Source of the DNA: a virus
Lineage: Duplodnaviria; Caudoviricetes
Length of the DNA stretch: 64,000 nucleotides
IMG/VR virus record: IMGVR_UViG_3300031993_000053
Span: 9,502-73,501 of that record
Strand: one strand, 5' to 3'
This document shows, piece after piece, positions 27,632 to 37,803 of this stretch. Position 1 is the stretch's first letter, and every line of letters begins with the position of its first letter. The position numbers and the translations under genes were made by a program. A model generated the notes under the pieces. It was not told where the DNA came from. It worked only from the letters and a program-made list of their open reading frames with translations, and searched no databases.

Positions 27632-29926
27632 TCACGCTTTCTCGCACGCTAGTAATACGCCTTTAAGACTTACTTTAAATTCGGTTGCATCAGTATAAGA
27701 TACGTCATTGATTCTAATTGCGTTTGGCGTTGCTTCAAGAATTGCGATAGCATTACTATTAGAATAATATAAACCATCAGTTGATTTCATTTTATATTTT
27801 GTACATATTGCTTTTGCAACACTGCCTGTTGCTACGCCTTTTACATTTGTAGAATATGCTATGAAAACGTGAGTTGCTGTCCCATACGTTCCAACATAAG
27901 TCCAAGTTAAATTACCTAAATCCACTACAATAGTATTATCAAAATCTAAACTTTCCTTAACACTCAAGCATTGTCTTAACGTTCCACCAATAGCGTTTTG
28001 TAAAATTGTGTCTTGATTAGTTCTTGCCGTTTCTTCAGTAGTTACATCACTCTTTAGTGCAAGATTAGTTACATCACCATTTACATAGTTATTTAAGTCA
28101 TCAATAACTAATGAGTAATCAGCAGGATAGAATATCTTACAACCTTGTGGTACTGATACTAAATCATTATTAGTATCACGCCAAGCCATTGTACCATAGT
28201 CATCTACATCAATTACCTCATCAAATGGTGTGCCTTGCTCTGTTGTTGGTGTAGCAAGTTCGTAACGTAAATTACCGCTTGGTGAAATACTATCACTACC
28301 ATTATTTACAAATATTCTTGCAACACTACCAAACGCAGACCAATAGGTAGTTAATTCACCAATATTTAATTCATTATATACTTTTGTTGTTGTAGTATAA
28401 GTATTACTTATTGATGAGCCTTTGTCCTTAACACTTAAAGGAGCATACCAACAAGTGGCACCAGAGTAGTAAATCCAAGTTAATTCGGCTAAATCATCGG
28501 TTTTACCACCATGTGTAATTTCACCACTAGGTATTTTCTTATCCCACTTACCTAAATCTTCTGTACCAGTATCATAGATGTGTTTTACAAATGGTTTATA
28601 TTCACCATCACGTTCACCGTCCCAATGTAAGTTGATACAAATATCGTGGTTGTATGTTGTACCATATGCACTGCCCATTCTAAACTTCATATAACAAGAA
28701 TTAGATGGAATAGTAATATATGTATTTCTATTCACATTAGATAAAGAAGATACTTCATTGCCATCATTATCGTAAAACCAAATAATATTTATATTTGAGT
28801 TTGTTCCACTATAAAAATAATATTGTGCATTTGGAATTACACGAATCATATTTTTACTAGCAACTCTATTTATTGATTCTTCCCATTCTTCATCCCATTG
28901 ATTAAATTCAATAGTTTCTAGGTATCTACCATTACTATTCTCTAGTGTACCTGCGTTAAAACTTAAATCACCATTAAAGTAATTTATCCAACTTTCAGGG
29001 TGGTCTAATAAATCTTGTGGAATATTACCGTTAAACCATTGAGTAAGGTCGATAATATCAGTGTCAACTTTATAAGTGCCAGCAGTAAGACCTGTTTTTA
29101 ATATTACAGAAACTAAAATATTTTCTGTACCGTTTCCCTTAACATAAGTTCCGGTGCCACGTGTATAATTTATACCTGAAAAACTATCTCCAAAGCAAAT
29201 GTTTGGATTTGGATTATGCGTTGTATAGAAAAATCTATGACCAACTGGAACTTTTGCATAAGCATTATCAACATTTGATGTTAATACTATGCTTGTATCT
29301 TGTTGAATAGTATCAGTAACAGTAATTGTAATACTGTTGTCTGCATTCTTAACCCAAGAATAACCTGTGCCACTACCACTTGATAAAATCTTGCTTTTGT
29401 TAAACTTTTGATTTACCACAACACTATTACCCTGTTTTTCTAGGTTTTTGCCTTTTGGTGCAGTAGGCGTTGCAGTTGTGTTGTTTTCAGTTCCTGTACC
29501 CTGAAAGATAAATGGTGTTTCTTGGGTACTACCACTATTCTCACTTACGTTTTCTAGTTGGCTTGCCATTTGTGATTTAGCAACAGGCGTTCTACCATCT
29601 ATAATCTTATCTAATTCTTCAGTAATAACTTTATTTTGAACAGGATTAGTTGATTCTTTACTCATTTCTGTATCAACTGTAACTGTTCCAGTTGGTACAT
29701 CTGCTTTAATTACATCTCCATCTTCATTGATACCTAAAATTTTAATAGCATTTCCAGTATCAATGTCTGAACCTTTAATCGCATCTGATGGTTTTTCCCA
29801 AGTATAACCGTTATTTCCATCTGAAACTGGAACTGTACCTGCTTCAGATGTGCCAACTTTTACTGCGTCTTTTGTTTTTTCATTTGCTTCTTGAGCTAGT
29901 GCCCATGCAATAATATCTCTTGGCAT
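27632..29926 (-). CDS. tail fibre / receptor-binding protein (paralog 2)
   Basis: VDTEMSKESTNPVQNKVI fibre motif; shared blocks with paralog 1. Confidence 0.7.
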   Translation of the reverse strand: MPRDIIAWALAQEANEKTKDAVKVGTSEAGTVPVSDGNNGYTWEKPSDAIKGSDIDTGNAIKILGINEDGDVIKADVPTGTVTVDTEMSKESTNPVQNKVITEELDKIIDGRTPVAKSQMASQLENVSENSGSTQETPFIFQGTGTENNTTATPTAPKGKNLEKQGNSVVVNQKFNKSKILSSGSGTGYSWVKNADNSITITVTDTIQQDTSIVLTSNVDNAYAKVPVGHRFFYTTHNPNPNICFGDSFSGINYTRGTGTYVKGNGTENILVSVILKTGLTAGTYKVDTDIIDLTQWFNGNIPQDLLDHPESWINYFNGDLSFNAGTLENSNGRYLETIEFNQWDEEWEESINRVASKNMIRVIPNAQYYFYSGTNSNINIIWFYDNDGNEVSSLSNVNRNTYITIPSNSCYMKFRMGSAYGTTYNHDICINLHWDGERDGEYKPFVKHIYDTGTEDLGKWDKKIPSGEITHGGKTDDLAELTWIYYSGATCWYAPLSVKDKGSSISNTYTTTTKVYNELNIGELTTYWSAFGSVARIFVNNGSDSISPSGNLRYELATPTTEQGTPFDEVIDVDDYGTMAWRDTNNDLVSVPQGCKIFYPADYSLVIDDLNNYVNGDVTNLALKSDVTTEETARTNQDTILQNAIGGTLRQCLSVKESLDFDNTIVVDLGNLTWTYVGTYGTATHVFIAYSTNVKGVATGSVAKAICTKYKMKSTDGLYYSNSNAIAILEATPNAIRINDVSYTDATEFKVSLKGVLLACEKA

Positions 29927-29928
29927 AA

Positions 29929-30267
29929 TTAAACTCCTGTATTAACAAGTCTAGCTTCAACTGTTACATCTCCACCTGATACACTAGTTAAACTAACTTT
30001 TATATTTGCAGTAGCTTCAATTGGAATTTCAAATAATCCAGTTGAAGTAATTGTTTCATTTATTGAAAAGTCAGATAATTTAATAGCAGCAATTGATTGA
30101 TATTCAGTTGAATTAAATATATTATTAGCTTCAATAGTAATAGTCAAACTTGTAGCAGTACCACTTACATTAAGTGATAGTGTATCACAATTAGTATTAT
30201 TTAAAATGTCTGCAACTGTTGCACTTGTTGCACCATCAATTATTTTTTTAAATTCTTTTACAAACAT
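29929..30267 (-). CDS. small beta-rich virion accessory protein
   Basis: ORF track; context. Confidence 0.55.
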   Translation of the reverse strand: MFVKEFKKIIDGATSATVADILNNTNCDTLSLNVSGTATSLTITIEANNIFNSTEYQSIAAIKLSDFSINETITSTGLFEIPIEATANIKVSLTSVSGGDVTVEARLVNTGV

Positions 30268-30276
30268 AATTCACCT

Positions 30277-30519
30277 CTATGCTTCGATTCCTAATAAATC
30301 ATCTATTTCTGAATCTGTATATGGAATTGCTCGCTGTTCATTTATTGCATTAACAATATTTGATTTATCTTCTGTTTCTAATTCCGATAAATCTCCAATA
30401 TTAGTGGTATTATCAGCAGCTTCTTGCATAGCTTCTCCAATTCCATCTTCAATATGATTCATATTTGTAGCATTTAATGGAGTAACATTATTTACCCATG
30501 TTGTTTTTGAATAAGGCAT
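30277..30519 (-). CDS. small baseplate/fibre-associated protein
   Basis: YSKTTWVN..TPLNATNMNHIEDGI motif; KSNIVNAINE fibre repeat. Confidence 0.65.
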   Translation of the reverse strand: MPYSKTTWVNNVTPLNATNMNHIEDGIGEAMQEAADNTTNIGDLSELETEDKSNIVNAINEQRAIPYTDSEIDDLLGIEA

Positions 30520-30534
30520 AATTTTTATTTCCTC

Positions 30535-30672
30535 CTACTCATTTAAATCAGTAACGATTGTAGTTTCTGAGCACAAAACTTGTTCGCCGCAGGTATTCGA
30601 ACCCCAAATACCCGCGACATTATAAGCATAAAATAATTCATTTTCTTTTTCAATAGTAGTTTCTGTACTCAT
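30535..30672 (-). CDS. 45-aa protein (not in track)
   Basis: GAGG RBS; MSTETTIEKENELFYAYNVAGIWGSNTCGEQVLCSETTIVTDLNE*. Confidence 0.55.
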   Translation of the reverse strand: MSTETTIEKENELFYAYNVAGIWGSNTCGEQVLCSETTIVTDLNE

Positions 30673-30682
30673 AATTTAACCT

Positions 30683-32629
30683 CTATTTTTCCCAGTAAAT
30701 ATCAAATTCATTATCTGGATAATGATTAAATAAATATCTTATAGCACCAGTTTTTGATGTAAAGTCATAATAACCTTGACCCCATAAACCAGTTGATGGA
30801 TTATATCCAGCACCAACTAACCAATCTTTTCTTAAAGGTCTATAAGCTATAACATATAATCTATTATTTTCATCTTTATAAATACCATGAACATCAAATC
30901 CTTGGCTAGTCTTTTCTAAAAATTCTTCAGAATCTTTAACTTTAGAATCTTTAACTTTAGAATCTTTAGTAGTTTTAAAATGTTTTAATTCAGCTGGATT
31001 ATCATTTAAATATTCTTTAACATATCCAATAGCTTCATGGCGATCTTTAATTCCATATTTCATTAAAGCTTCTGCAACTTCTTCAATAGTTGTAGGCCAA
31101 TCTTTAGAATAAACAATATCATCAATTAAATCTTCTTCAAGCCAAGCTGGTTTTTCATCTTTAGCTTTAATTTTAGCGATAGAGTCTTTAAGAATTTTCT
31201 TAACTGAATCAAACTTACTATTTCTTGATTTAATAACACCAAGGCCTTCTGTCTTTAAAATAATATTATAAAAATATTGTAATAAATCAGAAACTTTATA
31301 ATAATCATATTTATATTCTTTTTCCATAATTTTCTTAATTGATGGAATAAATTTTTCATTTACATATGGAGTATTAAGTTCATTTCTAATTACATTAATT
31401 GCTTGTTTAGCAAGCTCTTCACTAGAAACTCTACCCTCATCTATATCATTAGTCATTTGCGGTAGCCATTTACTTAAAATATTAGCAATAGATTTTTGAT
31501 TGTATCCTATGCTTAAAAGGCGTTTCCTTTCTTCAGCTTCTTCTCTTAATTGTCTTGGATCAACAATTGCATCATTAAAGTAATATGGTAATTTTTGATT
31601 TAATTTTTTAATTACTGTATTAATTGCTTTTTCAGTATTCATATTATTTGTTTCAACTTGCTCTTTTACTTTTTCAACAGCTTGTCTATATGTTCCACCA
31701 TTTTCTTCAGCAAGTTTAGTTAATACTTCAATAGTATCTTTTGGTAATTTTCCACTTTCAACTTGTTTTGCAATAGTTTCAACCATTGAATTAATACCTT
31801 TTTCTTTTACAATCTTTGGTACACTCTTATACAATTCTTCAGCTGTTTTTGAACTTGCGCGAAGACTTTCTTTTTGAGCTTCATTTAATTCATGGCCATA
31901 TTCAGTATATCTTTGATTTGGATCAGATTTTATCGCTGAAAGAGCACTTCTAAGTCTAGCACGTTTATCTACTAACTTATCATATTCTTTACGTTCAGCT
32001 TCAGTTAAAGGTTCAACATTACGATGTTTATAAATTAACTTTGAAATTTCATCTAAAACAATCTCTAATTCGTTATTTATTGATTTTACTTTTATTGTAT
32101 ATTCTTTATATTCTTCTTCATCCTTTGGATCATATTTACCTTTAAATCTGTATCCACCTTTATCTTCTCTATAATATTCTTCTCTATAATCTTCAAGACC
32201 ACTTAACCATGCTTCTTTTGGTGATTCAAAATCAGATCTTAATAATACATATATATTTTTATCAGTATCATCATAATAAATAACCATATCATTTTCACGA
32301 TTACCTTTTGAATAGATACCTAACATATCACCTTTTTGATTTTTCTTAGCTTCCATATTTTTTGCTTTTTGATCTTCAGAAATAATTCCAAAATCATTAC
32401 CAAAAAATTTATCTAAGTTAACTTCAACATCTGATTTTGTCCAGTCATGGTTTAAATTATCATAATTATATCCATAAAGAAGAGTCTTTGCTTCAGGATA
32501 TGCTTCTTCATAATCCTCTTCAGTAAGTTCAATTTTATCAGCAGGATTTTCTTCCTCTTGAACTTCTTCAACTTTAACTTCTTCTATTTCATCATCTTTA
32601 ATAATATCTTTATTTTTAATTATTTTCAT
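30683..32629 (-). CDS. multi-domain acidic protein with KDS repeats (candidate internal virion polyprotein)
   Basis: TTKDSKVKDSKVKDS linker; C-terminal GYN...G.WGQGYY module. Confidence 0.7.
   Translation of the reverse strand: MKIIKNKDIIKDDEIEEVKVEEVQEEENPADKIELTEEDYEEAYPEAKTLLYGYNYDNLNHDWTKSDVEVNLDKFFGNDFGIISEDQKAKNMEAKKNQKGDMLGIYSKGNRENDMVIYYDDTDKNIYVLLRSDFESPKEAWLSGLEDYREEYYREDKGGYRFKGKYDPKDEEEYKEYTIKVKSINNELEIVLDEISKLIYKHRNVEPLTEAERKEYDKLVDKRARLRSALSAIKSDPNQRYTEYGHELNEAQKESLRASSKTAEELYKSVPKIVKEKGINSMVETIAKQVESGKLPKDTIEVLTKLAEENGGTYRQAVEKVKEQVETNNMNTEKAINTVIKKLNQKLPYYFNDAIVDPRQLREEAEERKRLLSIGYNQKSIANILSKWLPQMTNDIDEGRVSSEELAKQAINVIRNELNTPYVNEKFIPSIKKIMEKEYKYDYYKVSDLLQYFYNIILKTEGLGVIKSRNSKFDSVKKILKDSIAKIKAKDEKPAWLEEDLIDDIVYSKDWPTTIEEVAEALMKYGIKDRHEAIGYVKEYLNDNPAELKHFKTTKDSKVKDSKVKDSEEFLEKTSQGFDVHGIYKDENNRLYVIAYRPLRKDWLVGAGYNPSTGLWGQGYYDFTSKTGAIRYLFNHYPDNEFDIYWEK
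30930..30968. repeat. 15-bp tandem repeat (about 2.6 copies) encoding KDSKV
   Basis: GAATCTTTAACTTTA x2 + GAATCTTTA. Confidence 0.85.
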
Positions 32630-32631
32630 AT

Positions 32632-33144
32632 TTAATATCTCCCTTGTTTATTTGGACAATGATTTTGTGGATGAACAACTGGTCCAGATGTAACAACAAA
32701 AATTGATGGTATAGCTTTAGTTTTAAGTAATGCCATAAGTGATGTTCCATATGAAGTTTGATTCCAAAATAGAGCATCAGCAGAATCTAGCATTGTTTTT
32801 GTTAAATCATAAGATTTACTAAATCCTCCAATTGTTGCACTTGCAATAACTCCTTTTGTTGCACCACCACCAGCAATTGATGCAAGTGAGTCACCAGAAG
32901 GAGTTTGTTGTTGTTGCGATATTAATGTTGCATAATGAGCAATACAATAACTCATTGCAAGTTCCCAGTCTGTTCCAAAAATTGAATAAAAGATTTTATT
33001 ATTAGCCATAGGATATAATTTATCGAAGTATCTTTGTCCTTCTTCAGTTGACATAAAATTTGCAAACTGAGGCATCCAAAATGTAAAATCAGCTTTTGTA
33101 TATTCTGGATTTTCTTTATTAATTGTAACTCCTATAAGTGCCAT
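32632..33144 (-). CDS. DUF4054-like head-tail adaptor
   Basis: F...MPQFAN...AHYATL...FWNQTSYG motifs. Confidence 0.8.
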   Translation of the reverse strand: MALIGVTINKENPEYTKADFTFWMPQFANFMSTEEGQRYFDKLYPMANNKIFYSIFGTDWELAMSYCIAHYATLISQQQQTPSGDSLASIAGGGATKGVIASATIGGFSKSYDLTKTMLDSADALFWNQTSYGTSLMALLKTKAIPSIFVVTSGPVVHPQNHCPNKQGRY

Positions 33145-33157
33145 AATAAATCACCTC

Positions 33158-33541
33158 TTAAAGAATAACTATATTTCCAGTGTCTAGATAATCTTTAAGC
33201 ATTTTTAAATGTTCTTGTTCTTCTTCAAGAATATGTTCATATAATGCTTTTTCATCATCATTAATTGAATTTTTAATTGCATTTTGATATAAAGTAATTG
33301 CTTCTTCCTCACTTTTAATTAGAGCTTCTAATTCTTGTCTTGGTTCAGCATCTTTTACTTCTTTTTTACTTAATTGATTGATTCTTGCTGGAATAACTTT
33401 TTCATAATTACAGTCATCACAACATTCACCATCTTCTTTTACTGGCCAAGGATTATTTCCATAACCTTCAAATTCTTTACCACAGATGCAGCATTTTTGT
33501 TTTTCTGCATCTTTAATTTTTTTAATTGTATAAATAGCCAT
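33158..33541 (-). CDS. Zn-finger + ferritin-like half-domain protein
   Basis: CCICGK..EGYGNNPWP....CCDDCN; EEEAITLY...EEQEH. Confidence 0.7.
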   Translation of the reverse strand: MAIYTIKKIKDAEKQKCCICGKEFEGYGNNPWPVKEDGECCDDCNYEKVIPARINQLSKKEVKDAEPRQELEALIKSEEEAITLYQNAIKNSINDDEKALYEHILEEEQEHLKMLKDYLDTGNIVIL

Positions 33542-33554
33542 AACTATCACCTAA

Positions 33555-33917
33555 TTATAAATTTTCTCTACACCAGCGAGAATCCCACTTACAAATAGTA
33601 CGACCATTAAACATTCTATATAATACACCATCTTTTACAAAATAGCTATCATTAATATCATTATCAGTAATTTTAGCTTCAACATCTAATGTAACTTTTC
33701 CTGTTGCTTCAGATAATGTAACTGTAACAGACTTTTTATCATCACTTACAACTGGTGTAGCAGTTGCATTTTTAGCTGATACAACAAATGAATTAAATGG
33801 AAATCCTGCAAGAGCCGCAAATTCTAATTCAGCAGTTGCATCATCGTCAATAGTTGTTGGATTTTCTGCATCAGCAGTGCAATTTACTAATTTAGTAGTA
33901 ATATCATAAGTTGCCAT
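33555..33917 (-). CDS. Ig-like/beta-sandwich virion decoration protein
   Basis: ITTKLVNCT...AELEFAALAGF...VTVTL..ATGKVTLDV pattern. Confidence 0.5.
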   Translation of the reverse strand: MATYDITTKLVNCTADAENPTTIDDDATAELEFAALAGFPFNSFVVSAKNATATPVVSDDKKSVTVTLSEATGKVTLDVEAKITDNDINDSYFVKDGVLYRMFNGRTICKWDSRWCRENL

Positions 33918-33931
33918 AATTTATTCTCCTT

Positions 33932-34234
33932 TTATTTAATAATAAGTGCAATTAAAGCACCGATTATTCCACCAACAACAACTGTAATAATAGTTCTAAC
34001 TATTTCACGTTTATAATATTTTGCGTTGTCTAGTGGCTCACTTTCTAATTTTTCTAAGCGTTCATTTTGTTTCTTTTGAACTTCGGTCATGTTTTTCATA
34101 TTAATAGCTAATTCTTTTACACAAATTACTAGCTCATTAAATGATTCTTGTTTATCTTCAACTTTATCAAGGCGCTCTTTAATATTGTCAACATCTTTTT
34201 CAATACTAACAATTCTTTCAGTCATATTTTCCAT
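33932..34234 (-). CDS. XhlA-like coiled-coil + C-terminal TM protein (lysis-associated)
   Basis: Coiled coil, then IITVVVGGIIGALIALI. Confidence 0.65.
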   Translation of the reverse strand: MENMTERIVSIEKDVDNIKERLDKVEDKQESFNELVICVKELAINMKNMTEVQKKQNERLEKLESEPLDNAKYYKREIVRTIITVVVGGIIGALIALIIK

Positions 34235-34245
34235 AATAGAACCTC

Positions 34246-34554
34246 CTAGCCTTTTTTAACCATATTATAATTTTCAACAACAGTTTTAATTATTTTTGTT
34301 AATACTTTTACTAAAAGATTAAATGGGATATTTAAACTTTTACATTTAGATTCTACCATATCTAAAACTATTTTTAATTTTTCTTCGCCATGACCTTCTG
34401 GATAAATTTCTTCTGCTTTGTGTACTCCCTCTTTAATCGTTTCCATTATTTCACTAATCCAATGATTTTTAATTACATTAACTAAAATGTAAACGATTAA
34501 AGCAACAGCAAATACACATAGACAGATAAATAGAAATAGTTCTAATCCTGTCAT
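34246..34554 (-). CDS. putative holin (LL-H-like)
   Basis: N-terminal TM; V..AE..Y..G.GEEKL..V. Confidence 0.65.
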   Translation of the reverse strand: MTGLELFLFICLCVFAVALIVYILVNVIKNHWISEIMETIKEGVHKAEEIYPEGHGEEKLKIVLDMVESKCKSLNIPFNLLVKVLTKIIKTVVENYNMVKKG

Positions 34555-34566
34555 AATAATCACCTA

Positions 34567-35103
34567 TTAAGCTCCAGCTTCTTCAAATTTTGGTTCGCCT
34601 TCATCAATTGGTTTAAAATCAATTCTACCAGCAGTAAATACCCAAGTTTGAGTTGCAGCATTTTCACCAAATACTTGATCTGGAATTTTATTAATCATAC
34701 AATCCGTACATTCAATAAATGTTGTAGCAACCCCATCATATGTAGCAGGAAGACCAACTGAAATATGAATTCCTTTAATATATTTATATGTTCCAACATT
34801 TTCTATTGCACTTTCATAAGCATTTGAAGCTAAAATTAATTTAATAATTTCATCTGCAACTTGTCTAATTGTTAATTCAACAGTACCAGTTTTGTTTAAG
34901 TTTCTATTATGAACCCATGAACCAGTAACATCTCCCTCAGTAGTAAATGCTTCAACAGAACGAGTAATTTTAATTTCACCTAAATAAGATCCTTGACCAT
35001 CATTACCAGGACCACCAATAACAAATTTAGATCCAGCATAATCACCAATGCTAGGAATATCAATAGCAACTTGATAATCAGCTAATGAATATCTATTAAT
35101 CAT
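34567..35103 (-). CDS. tail tube protein (DUF3277-like)
   Basis: G..EI.I.R..EAFTTEGDVTG...N...TGTVELTIRQ; follows sheath. Confidence 0.75.
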   Translation of the reverse strand: MINRYSLADYQVAIDIPSIGDYAGSKFVIGGPGNDGQGSYLGEIKITRSVEAFTTEGDVTGSWVHNRNLNKTGTVELTIRQVADEIIKLILASNAYESAIENVGTYKYIKGIHISVGLPATYDGVATTFIECTDCMINKIPDQVFGENAATQTWVFTAGRIDFKPIDEGEPKFEEAGA

Positions 35104-35118
35104 ACTAAGTTCCTCCTA

Positions 35119-36297
35119 TTAAAATACTTCTCCAGAAATTACAATCTTTCTGATAGAATATGAATCAGCAATTAATACAAATACTTTTGGTAATTGACGA
35201 GCAGCTTTTTCAGCTGGTGTTAATGTTGAGAATGGTAGCATACAAACTTTATATCCAGTATTTAATACTTCATTTGTACCAACAATACGATATCCTTCAT
35301 AATATAAATCTGGATCTGTCCAAACTTTTCCAGGATTTAAATATCCATTTGATACAAATGAATTTAATTGAGCTGAAATAGTATTTAATACTAAAGCTGA
35401 ACCAGTTGCATTATATTTAATTTTACTTGCAAGTAATGCAACAAGAGAATCTGTTAAAGCTTGATGTAATACTAATAACATAAATTGATTTGTTAAATCA
35501 TAACCAGCTGTATCATTACCACCTAAATTTTTAATTTGTGATGCTAATTTTGATACAATATTCATATCTAATAAAATTGCTTCTGTTACAATACTATTTT
35601 CTTTAAATACATAACCAGCAATACTTTCGTCAAAAACTTCTGTTGTAAAAGCATAGTCTTGAGCTGCATTTGATTTATATACATTTAATTTTGTATAATA
35701 TGCAAGAACAGCTGCACCAACACCTAATTTACCATATTTTAATACATAATTTTCAATTGATACAACTTTTACACCTTCATTAATATATGCAGATAAATCT
35801 GATGTTGTACCATTTACATATGGAATTTCACAAACAAATATTTTTTGATATATTTTTTCATTTTCATGAGCTGTATTCCATGCACTAAAGATTGTTCTAA
35901 ATAATGTATCACAATTTGTTGCTGCAGTTTTAGCTGTTACACCAACCATAATATAATTACTTGGTAATTTTTCTAATTCTGCATTTACAGCTGCTTCAGT
36001 AGGAGTATAAGTTCCACCTGATGTTTGAGAATTTGCATAAGCACCAAAATCAGATTTAATTACATATAATTTACTACCACCATTATTAAAAAATGAATTA
36101 ATATATGTAGCAATATCACCTAAATTTGCATCTGTTGCAGATATTGCTTCTTCTAATAAATAATATGCTGGAGTAAGAGTTGCTGTTGCACCTTCAACAA
36201 AATATAATAATGCAGCTGTATCATAAGTTCCAAAACCATGCGATACACTATGATTTTTAATTGTAATATCAACAAAGTTAGTTAATTTTAAATCCAT
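35119..36297 (-). CDS. tail sheath protein (DUF3383-like)
   Basis: Size, position, KIKYNATG...G...PG...GY...R.AR C-terminal sheath pattern. Confidence 0.7.
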   Translation of the reverse strand: MDLKLTNFVDITIKNHSVSHGFGTYDTAALLYFVEGATATLTPAYYLLEEAISATDANLGDIATYINSFFNNGGSKLYVIKSDFGAYANSQTSGGTYTPTEAAVNAELEKLPSNYIMVGVTAKTAATNCDTLFRTIFSAWNTAHENEKIYQKIFVCEIPYVNGTTSDLSAYINEGVKVVSIENYVLKYGKLGVGAAVLAYYTKLNVYKSNAAQDYAFTTEVFDESIAGYVFKENSIVTEAILLDMNIVSKLASQIKNLGGNDTAGYDLTNQFMLLVLHQALTDSLVALLASKIKYNATGSALVLNTISAQLNSFVSNGYLNPGKVWTDPDLYYEGYRIVGTNEVLNTGYKVCMLPFSTLTPAEKAARQLPKVFVLIADSYSIRKIVISGEVF

Positions 36298-36312
36298 AAT
36301 AAATCTCCTTTA

Positions 36313-36846
36313 TTAATATCCTTCATCTAATAATTGATGAACACCATTTAAAATATCTTTTTTAAAATCATCATCAGCTATTAAATTAGTTAATTTATTT
36401 TCATAATACCAATCCATAAAATCGCCATCATCTTCATAAACTTCTTCTAAAGTTTCATATCCTTGAATATTGCCCTTGCCATCAAACATAAAATATTTAT
36501 GCCAACCTGGATTAAAATCACCATAATATACTTTTTGAGCAATAGTAAATGGTTTTTCATTACTAAACCAATCATCAAACTCATCAATACTTACTGGATA
36601 ATCATAATTATTTTCTTCGCAATATTCAACATAATCATTATAAGAAGGTGACTCAATTTGATCTCTCAATATATTAATCATTCCATTTTTAAAATTAACT
36701 GCACCAGCAGATTCATATGCTGTTAATTGGAAGCATAATTCTTCAGGACTAATATCTATATCATTATCAGATAGCATATCTTCTAAATATTCTTTATCTT
36801 CAAATTCAATTTTAAGATCAGTATCTTTAATTATTTTCTTTTTCAT
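36313..36846 (-). CDS. acidic protein inserted in tail module (candidate internal protein)
   Basis: MKKKIIKD start; YCEENNYD...DEFDD...YGDFNP...YF.FDG.GNI module. Confidence 0.65.
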   Translation of the reverse strand: MKKKIIKDTDLKIEFEDKEYLEDMLSDNDIDISPEELCFQLTAYESAGAVNFKNGMINILRDQIESPSYNDYVEYCEENNYDYPVSIDEFDDWFSNEKPFTIAQKVYYGDFNPGWHKYFMFDGKGNIQGYETLEEVYEDDGDFMDWYYENKLTNLIADDDFKKDILNGVHQLLDEGY

Positions 36847-37390
36847 TTTTATCTCCTGTTATAATAATAAGTTCACCAGTTTTTTCAATAAATGGAATAT
36901 TAGAAATTGCTTTAATATTATATCTAACAATAATAGTAATTTCTAAATCACATCTTGGCCATACAGTATTATTAAGAAATTCATTAATCGTTTCTGGAAA
37001 AGATATATTTTTTGCCCATATACCTTTTTCATATAAATCCATTATAACGCTTTCCATTTTAAATCTTGAAACTAATTTTTGTGATAATTCATGGCAATGA
37101 TTTCCATAAATTTTTAATAATAATTTATATTCACTAACATTGTCTGAAGAATCATTTGGATTTTGTAATATTATATTATTTTCAGAATCTTTATTTTCAA
37201 GAAGTTCAAAAATTATAAATCCATCATTTAAATTTAGTGATGTTGATTCATTATCAGAAATTAATTTACTTAATGCTGGACCGCGAACACTTACCGCATT
37301 AATAACACTATTTCCATTTAATTCAGATTGTGTTATAATTGCTTCTCTTATTTTTATGATTAAATCTGTATATGTAATATAAGGAATCAT
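36827..37390 (-). CDS. putative tail terminator/neck protein
   Basis: Position; E.LNNTVWPRCDLEI motif. Confidence 0.55.
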   Translation of the reverse strand: MIPYITYTDLIIKIREAIITQSELNGNSVINAVSVRGPALSKLISDNESTSLNLNDGFIIFELLENKDSENNIILQNPNDSSDNVSEYKLLLKIYGNHCHELSQKLVSRFKMESVIMDLYEKGIWAKNISFPETINEFLNNTVWPRCDLEITIIVRYNIKAISNIPFIEKTGELIIITGDKNEKENN

Positions 37391-37797
37391 ATAATTTTCT
37401 CCCCATTAAGATATTCTAAATATTCTTTAAAATCTACATAATTATTAAGATTAATCATTCTAAGAGTAGCTTCTCTTACACCCCATTCATCATAATCATG
37501 AACAGCATCAACATGTAACCACCTATTTTTATAAAATATAAAATCACCAATACCAATACGATATATGCTTCTACAATAAAATTTATATTCCATATTTTCA
37601 GTATTACCACTAAGTGATTGTTGTAATGTTGATCCTTGTGTTTGAAGAGATCCATTAATTATATTTTTAGTAAATTTTGTTATAATTTTTCCAAGAGCAT
37701 TAACTTGAACCCCAGAAGTAACATACCAGTCATAGTTGAATGCAAATTCGGCAATTGCATCATTAAAAAAGTTAACATCTATAACATGGTTTTGCAT
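37387..37797 (-). CDS. putative head-closure protein
   Basis: I.GSLQ...GD.I.Y.N.W..V...DY..WG pattern. Confidence 0.6.
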   Translation of the reverse strand: MQNHVIDVNFFNDAIAEFAFNYDWYVTSGVQVNALGKIITKFTKNIINGSLQTQGSTLQQSLSGNTENMEYKFYCRSIYRIGIGDFIFYKNRWLHVDAVHDYDEWGVREATLRMINLNNYVDFKEYLEYLNGEKII

Positions 37798-37803
37798 AAT
37801 TAG

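Noticed and set aside
25341-29926. Diversity-generating retroelement or invertible fibre cassette
   Set aside because: No reverse transcriptase, no TR/VR pair with A-specific mismatches, no recombinase or inverted crossover sites seen
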